Below, one piece after another: positions 36,595 through 46,966 of a stretch of DNA of 64,000 nucleotides; the first letter of the stretch is position 1, and the number at the start of each line of letters is the position of its first letter. Under the pieces are notes generated by a model. It worked only from the letters and a program-made list of their open reading frames with translations, had not been told where the DNA came from and did no database searches. The translations under genes and the position numbers were made by a program. The stretch is from Minisyncoccota bacterium (GTDB lineage Bacteria; Patescibacteriota; Minisyncoccia; Moranbacterales; UBA2206): the NCBI GenBank assembly GCA_031291955.1, contig JARLIA010000005.1, forward strand, positions 209,057 to 273,056. Direction: 5' to 3'.

Positions 36595-37110
36595 ATGCAA
36601 ACAAGACAGCAAAAAGAACAGTTGGTTAAAGATCTGGCGGAAAAGATTAAAAGCTCGAAAGCGACCGTCTTTTCTGATTTCAAGGGCTTGACCGTGAAAA
36701 ATATGACCGCGCTCCGGCGAGAATTGGGAGAGAAGGGTATTGATTTTCAGGTTTTCAAAAAAACTCTGATCACAATTGCCTTAAAAGACGCGGGAATCGA
36801 AATGGACGCGAAAAAACTGGAAGGGCAGATTGCAGTGGCGGTTTCATCCGGCGACGAAGTCGAAGCGGCCAAGATTATCGCCAAAGCGGCCAAAGCCAAC
36901 GAGAATCTGAAGATTGTCGGCGGACTGCTGGGCAAAAGCGTGCTAACTGATCAGGAAGTGGTGGCGCTTTCCAAATTGCCAGGGAAAGATGAATTGCTGG
37001 CCAGATTGGTCGGCACCATCAATGCACCGGTTTCCGGGTTCGTCAATGTCCTGGCGGGAAACATTCGCGGTTTGGTGCAAGTGCTGAAGGCGGTAGGTGA
37101 AGTTAAATAA
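36595..37110 (+). CDS. rplJ: 50S ribosomal protein L10
   Basis: MQTRQQKEQLVKDLAEKIKSSKATVFSDFKGLTV…; precedes rplL. Confidence 0.85.
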   Translation: MQTRQQKEQLVKDLAEKIKSSKATVFSDFKGLTVKNMTALRRELGEKGIDFQVFKKTLITIALKDAGIEMDAKKLEGQIAVAVSSGDEVEAAKIIAKAAKANENLKIVGGLLGKSVLTDQEVVALSKLPGKDELLARLVGTINAPVSGFVNVLAGNIRGLVQVLKAVGEVK

Positions 37111-37172
37111 TAATTTTTCAAGATTGATCGGACCAATCGGACAGATCGGACCTATCAAGCTTATATGATTTT

Positions 37173-37586
37173 ATGACTGATGAAAAAAAGGAAATCGTAG
37201 AAGTGCCTGAGAAATTCAAGAAGCTCGTTGAAGAAATCGAAAAGATGAGCGTTTTGGATCTCTCCGAACTGGTGAAGGTGCTCGAAGATAAATTCGGCGT
37301 GTCCGCGGCCGCTCCTATGATGATGGGCGCCATGCCGGCGGCTGGAGCTGAAGCGGGCGCCGCAGTGGAAGAACAGAGCGAGTTTGACGTGGAAGTGACC
37401 GCTTGCGGCGCTTCGAAAATCAACGTTATTAAAGTGGTCCGCGAAGTGACGGGCTTGGGTTTGAAAGACGCCAAGGACCTGGTGGACGCCGCTCCGAAAG
37501 TGATCAAGGAAAAGATTTCCAAGGAAGAAGCCGAAGCCATGAAGAAGAAGCTGGAAGAGGCTGGCGCGACCGTAACTTTGAAATAA
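37173..37586 (+). CDS. rplL: 50S ribosomal protein L7/L12
   Basis: …[14 protein letters not shown]…[24 protein letters not shown]…. Confidence 0.9.
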   Translation: MTDEKKEIVEVPEKFKKLVEEIEKMSVLDLSELVKVLEDKFGVSAAAPMMMGAMPAAGAEAGAAVEEQSEFDVEVTACGASKINVIKVVREVTGLGLKDAKDLVDAAPKVIKEKISKEEAEAMKKKLEEAGATVTLK

Positions 37587-37806
37587 GACTGAATGTTTCC
37601 GACAAGAAAGACGGAAGAGAAATCTCTCGTCTTTTTTGTTGGATAAATATTTTAGTTGTAATAAAACTATTCTGTTTTCGTATAAAAAATAGCAGTGTCC
37701 TTGCCCACGCGCAGAACCTTTCGCGATGGCCAGTCGGGGACAAGCAAAAAATAGCTTCTTAAAAGAGCCGTTTTTATTTGTCCGAAACCCAAAGTAGGAG
37801 GAATAA

Positions 37807-38343
37807 GTGGAAGTGATTGTGGTGATTGTGGGTATGATGGCGTCAGTTTTTCCGTCGGCAGTCGTAAACAGCGCGTATTGTATTAAATATGATGCGTCAT
37901 CTGTGGCACAACATCTTGTTGCCTTAAATGACACATCGCATGGCGCTTTGACGGGTTTTCCGTCGCGACGAAAAAAAATTGTCGTTGTCAGAAGAGTAAA
38001 AATGACAGTGACGGCTTATTACAAACCGCTGCCGGGCCAAAAAAAATATGCTACCGGGAGTTTTTGGCATGACAGGCGTTTGAATGGCGCCGGGGTGAAA
38101 ACCAGTTCGGGGAAAAAGCCTCGAGTAGGGACGATTGCGGCCGATTCGCGTGTTTTTACGCCCGGAACGTCTCTTTATGTTCCGGGCTATGGTCTTGGAA
38201 AAGTGGAAGACAGCGGCGGAGCCATAAAAGGTCGTCGTCTGGATGTTTTTATGGGTGCCGGCCAAAGCGCTTTAAAAAAAGCGCTGAACTGGAACCGGAG
38301 AAGGGTCGTTGTTTTCGTTTTGGGAACATCAATCCAAAATTAA
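37807..38343 (+). CDS. 3D (Asp-Asp-Asp) domain cell-wall-associated protein
   Basis: GTIAADSRVFTPGTSLYVPGYGLGKVEDSGGAIKGRRLDVFM resembles the 3D domain of MltA/YocH-like proteins; N-terminal signal-like segment. Confidence 0.55.
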   Translation: MEVIVVIVGMMASVFPSAVVNSAYCIKYDASSVAQHLVALNDTSHGALTGFPSRRKKIVVVRRVKMTVTAYYKPLPGQKKYATGSFWHDRRLNGAGVKTSSGKKPRVGTIAADSRVFTPGTSLYVPGYGLGKVEDSGGAIKGRRLDVFMGAGQSALKKALNWNRRRVVVFVLGTSIQN

Positions 38344-38424
38344 TGGCGAACAGCAACGCTGTTTGCTGTCAAAAAAGGGGCGATAATTTCGCCCCTTTCA
38401 TTATGCCTTATAAAATATAAATAA

Positions 38425-39018
38425 TCAGAAGTTCTTCTTGAGAATAAATTTCCAAACCAGATAGGTCAGTACGGCGCCGGAAAGGAGAAGGATCCATGAT
38501 TCGGCCGAGAACTGGTTGATGTAACTCCAGTTGGCGCCGAAAAAATATCCAGCGAGGCAGAAAAAACCGACTTCCGTGCACTCGCCCAAAAATTCAAAGG
38601 TGATATACCTTTTGAAAGGCAAGTGGGTAGTGCCAGAGATGACGTTTACCGCTGGAGCAATTCCGGTCATAAAACGGCTAAGGTAGATAATCAGAATCGG
38701 ATGGCGGTCGACTTCATCGTAGAGGCGGCCGTAACTTTTGGAAGTGACGACTTTTTTGAGACCGATGAAGTGCAAAAACCGGACGCCATAGCGGCGTGTT
38801 AGCCAATAACCGGAATTGTCGCCGGCCACGTTGCCCAAAAGGGCGGTGAGAAATACCAAGGGCACCGAGAGATAGCCTTGGGTGGCAAAAGCGGTCGAGG
38901 CCATGACCACTGTCCCGGACGGCAGAGGAAAAGCCAAAGCGCCGAGATAAGTGATGACGAAAATAGCCAGGTATTTATAGATCAGGACATAGGAAAGAAG
39001 GGGTCCGACGAGGTTCAT
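38425..39018 (-). CDS. DedA/SNARE-associated (VTT domain) membrane protein
   Basis: …AFPLPSGTVVMASTAFATQGYL… DedA core. Confidence 0.75.
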   Translation of the reverse strand: MNLVGPLLSYVLIYKYLAIFVITYLGALAFPLPSGTVVMASTAFATQGYLSVPLVFLTALLGNVAGDNSGYWLTRRYGVRFLHFIGLKKVVTSKSYGRLYDEVDRHPILIIYLSRFMTGIAPAVNVISGTTHLPFKRYITFEFLGECTEVGFFCLAGYFFGANWSYINQFSAESWILLLSGAVLTYLVWKFILKKNF

Positions 39019-39022
39019 AGGG

Positions 39023-39457
39023 TTATATTTTTTGAGAACTCGGACTTATTGACGGGCTGTTGTTTGGGCTGGTCTTTTGTCGGTTGCCGATCAAAAGCTT
39101 TGTTTCCTCCAATAGGTCGGCGGACTTAGCTCTAGATTCCTTGGCCCAACGGTCAAGCGTGATGTTGGGATATTTGTTGTCAGTGATTCCCAGAGTGTTT
39201 TTCAGGTATTCCGGCGGCAAATTGAAGGAGTGGTTTATAAAACCGAAAGTCATCCAACCTTCGATGTTGTCGACTGTCAATGGCCGGTGATGGAAGTTTT
39301 TTATGCCGAGCGCGCCGTTCGGGCTATGATGGCGAAAGCTTCGGTAGGTGAGGGTTAGAAAAAACAGACCAGCCAAAAACACCAGCGTAATAGTGAAGAT
39401 CAGAACGACTTGCCATTGATCCATATTTTTTCCAAGGAAGATAATTTTTTTGCCCAT
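39023..39457 (-). CDS. hypothetical membrane-anchored protein
   Basis: N-terminal TM helix; probably co-transcribed with dedA. Confidence 0.4.
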   Translation of the reverse strand: MGKKIIFLGKNMDQWQVVLIFTITLVFLAGLFFLTLTYRSFRHHSPNGALGIKNFHHRPLTVDNIEGWMTFGFINHSFNLPPEYLKNTLGITDNKYPNITLDRWAKESRAKSADLLEETKLLIGNRQKTSPNNSPSISPSSQKI

Positions 39458-39561
39458 ATTTTTTAAGTTTAAGCGACTGATTGCATTATATCACATCCAT
39501 CGGAATATATCGCCGAACGCGGAAGAAATAAAAAATAGCCGGTCGGAGTAATAACTTCCAG

Positions 39562-39858
39562 ATGGTCGATGTAATAAACCAATTAAAAAAATTTAAAAAT
39601 ATGCACAAAAGAGATTATGATTTTGACGAGGATGGCGGAGAAATGGGCGGCTGCGGCCATCATGGTTGCGGTTGTCATCGTGGCGGCATGGGCATGATGG
39701 GAATGGGCATGTATGGTTGGAGCGGCGAGTCGCACAAAGAATTCAAGTTGGCCATCCTCAAGAAAAAGGAACGCATGCTCCAGGCCAAGCTGGAATTTCT
39801 GCGGGACATGATGAAGATGGTGGAAAAAATGCCGATGGATGAGAAGAAGGAGATGTGA
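39562..39858 (+). CDS. small Gly/His/Cys/Met-rich protein (putative metal-binding) with coiled-coil tail
   Basis: GGCGHHGCGCHRGGMGMMGMGMYGW segment. Confidence 0.4.
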   Translation: MVDVINQLKKFKNMHKRDYDFDEDGGEMGGCGHHGCGCHRGGMGMMGMGMYGWSGESHKEFKLAILKKKERMLQAKLEFLRDMMKMVEKMPMDEKKEM

Positions 39859-39927
39859 TCCAACTTTCCCATCAAAAAACACTTCGGGAAGAAGTGTTTT
39901 TTGTATTTGTTGTAATTTAAAGTAAAA

Positions 39928-40215
39928 TCAGATCGCCCTTATTTCAATTCCCAGTTTTTCTTTTATGATCTGCTTCATCTGTTTGAATTCCTCTTTCATA
40001 ATAACAAAATCCTGCTTAAAATCTTCTTGCGCCTTGACATAACCATCAATCAGCGCTTGAACTCTGTTGACGTCAGTCTTTAAATCATCTAATCGATTGT
40101 TTACTTCTCCCAGGCGTTTTGTCAAAATCGAGTCCATAGCATCAAGAATGATCTGCGTTTGTTCCTCAAGGTCTTTCCTGGTTACGTATTCATTTTTATT
40201 GGTTTCTTTATTCAT
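39928..40215 (-). CDS. hypothetical coiled-coil protein
   Basis: 95-aa charged ORF; terminator-less tail-to-tail with the previous gene. Confidence 0.35.
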   Translation of the reverse strand: MNKETNKNEYVTRKDLEEQTQIILDAMDSILTKRLGEVNNRLDDLKTDVNRVQALIDGYVKAQEDFKQDFVIMKEEFKQMKQIIKEKLGIEIRAI

Positions 40216-40295
40216 TGTTTCATTTTAGGATAATTTGCCGTAAGTGTCAAAAATATAAATATAAAAAAGCTTGAGTAAGCCTAAATTCGTGTCTG

Positions 40296-40368
40296 TTGCC
40301 CGGGAGGGATTCGAACCCCCGAAATGCCAGGACCAAAACCTGGTGCCTTACCGCTTGGCTACCGGGCA
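40296..40368 (-). tRNA. tRNA-Gln(TTG)
   Basis: Minus strand: acceptor UGCCCGG/CCGGGCA, D-arm GCCAAGCGGUAAGGC (E. coli tRNA-Gln-like), anticodon loop UUUUGGU (UUG), T-loop GGGGGUUCGAAUCCCUC. Confidence 0.8.
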
Positions 40369-40386
40369 GACTATATTTTTTACAAC

Positions 40387-42144
40387 TCATTCTTCCACCA
40401 CTTTCCCACCCATAATCTCCAGCGCTGAATCAAGAAGGGATTCTTGTTCGCCGGGTTTTTCTTCGGCGGCGGCTGATTTTTGGGGTTGGATGGTCTTGTC
40501 GACCGCCACATTGAGAATCAGGCGGCATCCTAAAATCTTACCCAAAACTTCCTCAACTGTCAATTTATTCTTTGGGTCGCGGAGACGCTCGGCGTAAAAT
40601 TCATACGGCGTGGCGAGTGTTACTTTTCCATCTTGGGCATTCACCGGCTGGCAGTTGGAAAGGAGTGCCGAGAGGGAATGGTTGTGGGGGCGGATGTCGG
40701 TCAGCAGTTGCGACCAGTTGCTTTTCACGGTATATAAATCTATTTTGGAATTATTATTGTCTTCGGATGGCAGGGGATCGGTATGCTGTTCTATTATGAC
40801 AGGGTTATCATTATCGGAAATCCCTTCAGGAGTGCTTCGGTTCAGGTCAGGAGACGCCGAACCGACAGAAGGACTTTCTGTGGAAGCTTTGCTGGGAACA
40901 TATGATTCGGGCGATACGCCCGAACCTGCGTTCGCGGTATTCGCGTTATGCGTTATGCGTTGCGTGTTGTGCGAGGCTTCCGGAAATTTTTGCGTCGCTT
41001 TGATAATCGCGATCTCCAGCGGCAGCTGCGGCAGAATAAAAGAAGCGATTTTGTTTTGGGCTTCAAGCAGGAGATTAATAGTGGCGATAATTTTTCCGAG
41101 ATCCGCCTTTTCGGCCAATTCAACTATATCTTTCATTTGTTCTTCCGGCATCTCGTAGGTGAAATATCTTTTCAGTTCGGAACTGATTTTTATCAGCATC
41201 AGCTGGCGGAGATAGTTGATGAGTGATTTATTGAACACTTGCAAATCATAGCCGGATTCCAAGAGTTCGTTGATTTTGGCGATGGCGCCAGTAGAATCAT
41301 TTTCCGTTATCATCCGGGCTACGGCGGCCGCGGTCTTGCGGTCAGTCGTCCCCAGAATTTCTTCCGTGTCTTTAACAGTGATGTTTTTATCTTCCAGAGA
41401 AATGATCTGTCCCAGGAGCGACTCGGCGTCGCGCATCCCGCCTTCAGCCGCGATGGCGATGAGTTCCAAGGCTTCCGATTCAATTTTCACTTTCTCGGCG
41501 TCGGCGATCAGCTTTAGCTTTTTGACAATGTCGGTCATTGGCAATCTCGTGAAATCAAACCGCTGACAGCGAGAGAGGATGGTTTCGGGCACTTTGTGAA
41601 TTTCGGTGGTGGCCAGGATAAAAACAACGTGGGCTGGCGGCTCTTCCAACGTTTTCAAAAGCGCGTTGAAAGCGCCGGTTGAAAGCATGTGCACTTCGTC
41701 GATGATGTAGACTTTATATTTCAAAGACGCCGGAGCAAGCGCTACGGTTTCTCTGAGTTCCCGAATGTTATCCACGCCCGTGTTGGATGCGGCGTCGATC
41801 TCGATGATGTCAAGCGATTTTCCGGAGGCGATGATTTCGCAGGCCGAACATTTCTCGCATGGCAAAGCGTCCCCGCCTGCAACGCTATGCCCGCCAGCAT
41901 CGCTACGCGAAGCGTTTCGGTCTGGCGTAGCATTGCGGGCAGGTTTGATGTTTTCACAATTTATCGTCTTGGCTAGGATTCTGGCGATTGATGTCTTACC
42001 GGTGCCGCGCGGTCCAGTGAAAAGATAGGCGTGGCCAACATGGTCGTTTTTGACGGCATTGGTGAGCGTCCGGATGACGTGAGTCTGGCCGATGACTTCA
42101 GCGAAATTCTTGGGACGATATTTTCGATAGAGTGTGTTTGCCAT
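40387..42144 (-). CDS. dnaX: DNA polymerase III subunit gamma/tau
   Basis: MANTLYRKYRPKNFAEVIGQ…GPRGTGKTS Walker A, Cys4 Zn module (CEKCSACE). Confidence 0.9.
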   Translation of the reverse strand: MANTLYRKYRPKNFAEVIGQTHVIRTLTNAVKNDHVGHAYLFTGPRGTGKTSIARILAKTINCENIKPARNATPDRNASRSDAGGHSVAGGDALPCEKCSACEIIASGKSLDIIEIDAASNTGVDNIRELRETVALAPASLKYKVYIIDEVHMLSTGAFNALLKTLEEPPAHVVFILATTEIHKVPETILSRCQRFDFTRLPMTDIVKKLKLIADAEKVKIESEALELIAIAAEGGMRDAESLLGQIISLEDKNITVKDTEEILGTTDRKTAAAVARMITENDSTGAIAKINELLESGYDLQVFNKSLINYLRQLMLIKISSELKRYFTYEMPEEQMKDIVELAEKADLGKIIATINLLLEAQNKIASFILPQLPLEIAIIKATQKFPEASHNTQRITHNANTANAGSGVSPESYVPSKASTESPSVGSASPDLNRSTPEGISDNDNPVIIEQHTDPLPSEDNNNSKIDLYTVKSNWSQLLTDIRPHNHSLSALLSNCQPVNAQDGKVTLATPYEFYAERLRDPKNKLTVEEVLGKILGCRLILNVAVDKTIQPQKSAAAEEKPGEQESLLDSALEIMGGKVVEE

Positions 42145-42283
42145 GGGATTATTAAAAACGAGAGAGCATAGTCTTTTCTATGCCCCTTGTCGGCTTGAAT
42201 TATACCACTCCGGAGTCCGCTTGACAAATTTTGATCCAAGGAGTATTGTTAGATTATCTAACAATTAGACAATTTAATCAAAT

Positions 42284-42703
42284 ATGAAAAAAGACGATCA
42301 GATAAGCCAAATTATCACGCTGATGTCCACCATTCGGAACCTAATGCATGGGCGAGTGGCTGACAAAAAAGTGAACGGCATCTCTTTTTTGCAATTGGTT
42401 ACCCTTCGCTACATAAAAGAAGATAAGCCACTCATGAAAGATATCGCTGATTTTTTGACAATCACGCCGCCTTCGGCCACTTCTTTCGTGGAGACGCTCT
42501 GTCAGGCGGGTTTGGCCGCGCGTTTTGCCGATCCGGATGACCGGCGGGCGGTTCGGATCGCGATTACGAAAAAAGGCGAAGAAAATCTGGAAGCCGGCAT
42601 GGAGGCAATGACCATAAAAATGAGGAAAGAATTGGAAAAACTCAACCGGCAGGAACAAGAAAATTTGGTGAATATTTTGCAAAAGATGATCAGTAATCTA
42701 TAA
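42284..42703 (+). CDS. MarR-family transcriptional regulator
   Basis: Winged-helix core (LQLVTLRYIKEDKPLMKDIADFL…DRRAVRIAITKKGEE). Confidence 0.8.
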   Translation: MKKDDQISQIITLMSTIRNLMHGRVADKKVNGISFLQLVTLRYIKEDKPLMKDIADFLTITPPSATSFVETLCQAGLAARFADPDDRRAVRIAITKKGEENLEAGMEAMTIKMRKELEKLNRQEQENLVNILQKMISNL

Positions 42704-42786
42704 TTCAATTGTCATGTCCGATCAGCTGTCATTTAGACGGCGGTTGATTGTTTTTAGTTTAAAAATAATTTCAAAGTCAAACATTT

Positions 42787-43869
42787 ATGAGCAGAAAGTA
42801 TTTTGTGGCGTTAATCATCGCCCTTATTGTTATCGGAGTCGTAGTCGGCAGTTATGTTTGGTCCTCAACGTCTCAGCGGCCGGCATTTTCCCCGGTGATC
42901 GTTCAAAAAGGAAACATTGTCGAAACCGTGCGGATCAGCGGTTCTGTTCAGCCGGAAGTAACGGCCGGATTGGGTTTTGAAAAGGCTGGACGTATCACTG
43001 AAATTGACGCGGCGGTCGGTGATTCGGTGAAAGCCGGCCAAATTTTGGCTAAGATTGACGATATTGATACTCAAGCCCAGTACGCCCAAGCCAAAGCTCA
43101 GACTGCCCAAGCCCAAGCGGTGCTCGAGGAATATCAACAGAAAGTCAAAGCTGATAAATACACATTAGACAAAATCGAAAGGAATCGAACCGGCACTTAC
43201 ACCCATCAAGATACGGAGGCTCAGAAAAAGCAGATCGATGCTGATAGCGCTTTAGTATCCGCCCAGCAGGCGGCGGTCGAGGCGGCCCAGCAGAATGTTA
43301 CTTATAATCAAATCCAAGTTGAAAAAGGTGATATTATTGCGCCCTTTTCCGGCATTATTTCCGCCAAAAATAACGAGGTGGGGGATGTGGTGGCGAGCGC
43401 GGCGCCGGTCCTCGCTTTGATTACCGGTGATAGCTATAAAGTGGAGGCTTATGCTTCCGAAGTCGACGCGGGGAAAATCAAACCGGGCGACGCAGCCGAT
43501 CTTTCTTTGAAATCCGACGGCAATAGCCAGGCTGTTGCCAGCCAAGTCGTTTCTATTGATCCGGCCAGTGTTATGCAAAATGGCGTGCCGAGCTATAAAG
43601 TCACTTTGAAGTTTTCTGGCGGCGGCGCGGCGGTGAAAGCCGGCGACTCGGTGGACGTGACCGTGACGACCGCCCAGGCAAACGACGCGTTGATTGTTCC
43701 GAAGCAAGATGTAATTGAAAAAAACGGGAAAGATTATATCACCGTTTCCGGAATCGGTCTTCCGGAGCTTCGGGAGATTAAAACCGGCATTCATTCTGCT
43801 GACGGGAAGGTGGAAATAGTTTCCGGTCTTTCCGCCGGGGACAAGATCCTGAGCGTTACCAATAACTAA
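42787..43869 (+). CDS. HlyD-family membrane fusion protein (efflux adaptor)
   Basis: N-terminal TM, biotin-lipoyl-like segments, long coiled coil, C-terminal beta domain. Confidence 0.75.
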   Translation: MSRKYFVALIIALIVIGVVVGSYVWSSTSQRPAFSPVIVQKGNIVETVRISGSVQPEVTAGLGFEKAGRITEIDAAVGDSVKAGQILAKIDDIDTQAQYAQAKAQTAQAQAVLEEYQQKVKADKYTLDKIERNRTGTYTHQDTEAQKKQIDADSALVSAQQAAVEAAQQNVTYNQIQVEKGDIIAPFSGIISAKNNEVGDVVASAAPVLALITGDSYKVEAYASEVDAGKIKPGDAADLSLKSDGNSQAVASQVVSIDPASVMQNGVPSYKVTLKFSGGGAAVKAGDSVDVTVTTAQANDALIVPKQDVIEKNGKDYITVSGIGLPELREIKTGIHSADGKVEIVSGLSAGDKILSVTNN

Positions 43870-43906
43870 AATAAAAATAGCGATGTAATTTATTTTTAAA
43901 ACCACT

Positions 43907-44578
43907 ATGGAAAATAATAACGGAATGAAAAATAATATTTCAGAAAAGAACGGCAATGGGGAAAAAACGTTCGGTCGAAAAAGAATTATGCTTCTCCTTC
44001 TGGTGTTATTTTTGGTGGCCGGTGCGGTGATTTCGGTTTATCTTTATCAAGCGACCAAATGGATCTACACCGACACGGCCCAAATTGAAGCGCCGCCGAT
44101 CGACCTGTCCAGCGCTTCGGGCGGCGTGTTGGAGAAGATGTTTGTCAGCTCCGGCGACCAAGTGAGTCAGAACGAAGTGGTGGCCCAAGTGGGAAACGAC
44201 ATGGTTCAGGCCCGGGACGCGGGTTTAGTGATCGCAACTCAGAACGAAATCGGCAAATATTTTTCGCCGGGGACTGCGGTTGTGACGATGGTTCGGCCGG
44301 CTGATCTTCGTTTGGACGCACAGGTGGAAGAAGACAAAGGACTTGGAAGTGTGAAAGTCGGGCAAACTGTCAGCTTTACAATCGATGCTTTCGGTTCTCA
44401 AAAATTTTCGGGCGTGGTGGACGAAGTCAGTTCGACCGCCGCGGCGACCGATGTGGTCTTCAATATTTCCAATGCTCGGCAAGAACAAAACTTTGATATC
44501 AAGATCCGCTACGACGTGGCACAGTATCCGGAACTCAAAAACGGGATGAGCGCGCGCGTTTGGATCTATAAGAACTAG
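43907..44578 (+). CDS. second HlyD/EmrA-like membrane fusion protein (short)
   Basis: N-terminal TM plus lipoyl-like hairpin motifs. Confidence 0.55.
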   Translation: MENNNGMKNNISEKNGNGEKTFGRKRIMLLLLVLFLVAGAVISVYLYQATKWIYTDTAQIEAPPIDLSSASGGVLEKMFVSSGDQVSQNEVVAQVGNDMVQARDAGLVIATQNEIGKYFSPGTAVVTMVRPADLRLDAQVEEDKGLGSVKVGQTVSFTIDAFGSQKFSGVVDEVSSTAAATDVVFNISNARQEQNFDIKIRYDVAQYPELKNGMSARVWIYKN

Positions 44579-44596
44579 AAAATACCCTTTTAATTC

Positions 44597-46111
44597 ATGG
44601 ATAACAATAACGGCAACAGCAAGGGCAGTAATCTTCGCTGGTGGATCCTTTTGACGGTTATCATCGGAACTTTTTTGGGGCGGCTGGACCAGACGATTGT
44701 TAACCTGGCGCTTCCCAAAATCATGACCGATTTTGGCCTCACGGTCACGTCAGTCGCTTGGATCGCGACGATCTATATTCTGGCCAATGCCATTTTCGTG
44801 CCGATTTGGGGAAAATTGGGCGACCAGATCGGGCAAAAGAAAGTCTACATGCTCGGTTTTTCCATTTTTATTTTTGGCTCGCTCCTGGCGGGTTTAGCCT
44901 GGGATCTCAATTCCATGCTTTTTTTCCGCGTCATCCAGGCCATCGCTGCGTCGGCCGACTATCCGACCGCTATGGCCATTTTGGCCCTCACTTTCCGAGA
45001 CAATCGGGAACGGGCCCAAGCACTTGGGATCTGGTCGTCGTCATTTGCGGCGGCGGCGGTTTTCGGGCCTCTCATGGGCGGACCGCTCATTGATAATTTC
45101 GGTTGGCGTTCCATTTTTTATATCAACGTTCCAATCGGCATCATCGGGATGCTTATGGCGGCCACATTCATCGCCGAAACGCCGAAAAAAGTCCGGCACG
45201 AAAGTTTTGATTGGTGGGGAGCGATCACACTGGGCATTTCTCTGAGTTCTTTGGTGTTGGTTTTGGATCAGGGATTGACTTGGGGTTGGATGTCTGCTTC
45301 CTCCCTGGCGTGTTACTTTTTCTTTGTGGCGTTTCTGGCGATATTCGTCAAAATTGAATATCATCACAAGGATGCTATCGTCGATCTTAACTTTTTTAAA
45401 AATCCGGTTTTTGACAACGTGTTGGCCAACAGTTTTTTGGTTTTCATGGTTCTTATGGGTTCGATTTTTTTGATCCCGCTTTTTGCCGAAACCTATCTTG
45501 GCTTTACCGCCACTCAAACAGGCCTTTTGTTTATTCCAATGGCGGCCGCTCTCCCGCTATCGGCTGCCATCGGCGGGAGTCTGACTGGCAAGATTCAGGC
45601 TCGTTGGGTACTCATCGTTTCCGGCCTCATTGCTACTGTCGGACTGTTTATGTTTTCCTGGCTTGATCCGCGTTCGACGGCTTGGGCGATCATTATTCCG
45701 CTGACTATTATGGCTTTCGGAATGGGCCTCGGGATGCCGCACCGCACCAACATCATCGCCAGCGCCGTGCGGCCGGAAGAAATGGGCAGCGCTTCTTCCG
45801 TTTTAGCATTGGTCAGGAACATCGCCGGCGCTTTCGGGGTGGCGATTTTCGGGACGATCCTTCAAGACGCTGAAATCAGTAATATTTTGAATATTTCCCA
45901 CACTAGTTTTATCCATTCGCAAAATTCCCATGTGATGGCGCAATACATCGGCCTCATTATTCTCAAAGGACAGATCATGGCCTATGACCGGGTCTATGTG
46001 GTCGCCGCCATCGCTTCTCTCTTGGCTGGCTTGACGGCTTACTGGATCGTAGAAAAAAACGATGTTCAGCCGTTGAGTGAAGAAGCCAAAGCGATGGCGG
46101 AAATTGGATAA
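44597..46111 (+). CDS. MFS drug:H+ antiporter, DHA2 (EmrB/QacA, 14-TMS) family
   Basis: …GRLDQTIVNLALPKI… motif A region; ~14 hydrophobic segments; operon with MarR and the fusion proteins. Confidence 0.85.
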   Translation: MDNNNGNSKGSNLRWWILLTVIIGTFLGRLDQTIVNLALPKIMTDFGLTVTSVAWIATIYILANAIFVPIWGKLGDQIGQKKVYMLGFSIFIFGSLLAGLAWDLNSMLFFRVIQAIAASADYPTAMAILALTFRDNRERAQALGIWSSSFAAAAVFGPLMGGPLIDNFGWRSIFYINVPIGIIGMLMAATFIAETPKKVRHESFDWWGAITLGISLSSLVLVLDQGLTWGWMSASSLACYFFFVAFLAIFVKIEYHHKDAIVDLNFFKNPVFDNVLANSFLVFMVLMGSIFLIPLFAETYLGFTATQTGLLFIPMAAALPLSAAIGGSLTGKIQARWVLIVSGLIATVGLFMFSWLDPRSTAWAIIIPLTIMAFGMGLGMPHRTNIIASAVRPEEMGSASSVLALVRNIAGAFGVAIFGTILQDAEISNILNISHTSFIHSQNSHVMAQYIGLIILKGQIMAYDRVYVVAAIASLLAGLTAYWIVEKNDVQPLSEEAKAMAEIG

Positions 46112-46163
46112 ATAAAAACGAGGGTAACCTCGTTTTCATTTTGCGCTATATCAAAAAGTATTA

Positions 46164-46847
46164 TTATTCCTTAAAAACGATAAACTTGTATCCCAGAAAA
46201 TTCCAGGCGAGACCTGCAACTGATCCGGCTGCGGCGCCGATGAGCGCCCATTGGCCGGCAGTGAGAGCGGTATGACTGGAAAAGCCGTTGAAAACGAAGG
46301 AGGCCACCACGACGTTGACGATAAAACCGACAATACTGACGATGAAGAACTGGACAAATTCCGACTGGTTGTCTTTCCGTTTGTCAAATGTCCAATATTT
46401 ATTCCAGAAATAGCTGTTGATATTGGAAACGGTGAATGAGATAGCTTTGAAAAGAGAATAGAAGGTTATGACCAGTCCGAGATTCAAGAAAACGTCGGTT
46501 GATTTGATGTTAAAGTATTTTTCAAAAAGCATAATTTCGATGGCGAGCGTTCCGAAATCCACCAGCACGTTCAAAACGCCGGTGGCCACGAACTTGGCCA
46601 GTTGCCAGATAAGGACAATCTTTCGGGCGATAAAGCGGGCGACAACCAGACAGACCGGTACGGCAATCAGAAAAAAAGGAACAACCAACGGCCATAATTT
46701 TAAATACCAGTTAGCAGCAGCTGTTTTTAAGACGGGTAGAAACAGAAGGCCGATAAGGAGTCCGCAGATGGCTCCTAGCCAATAGTCGCGCTTTGTCATC
46801 GCGTCGCTTTCAATTGCGTTCGCGCTTGTTTTGGAATTTACTTCCAT
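46164..46847 (-). CDS. GtrA-family membrane protein
   Basis: FAKFVATGVLNVLVDFGTL… and …NSYFWNKYWTF GtrA signatures. Confidence 0.65.
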   Translation of the reverse strand: MEVNSKTSANAIESDAMTKRDYWLGAICGLLIGLLFLPVLKTAAANWYLKLWPLVVPFFLIAVPVCLVVARFIARKIVLIWQLAKFVATGVLNVLVDFGTLAIEIMLFEKYFNIKSTDVFLNLGLVITFYSLFKAISFTVSNINSYFWNKYWTFDKRKDNQSEFVQFFIVSIVGFIVNVVVASFVFNGFSSHTALTAGQWALIGAAAGSVAGLAWNFLGYKFIVFKE

Positions 46848-46966
46848 TGTTTTTTGTTAACAATTATTAAATATTAAATCAACATTTAGATTATACCATA
46901 AAAAACGCCCGGGACTCAATGTCCCGGGCGAACAAAACGCATAAAACTTAGATCGGATCAGCTTTA

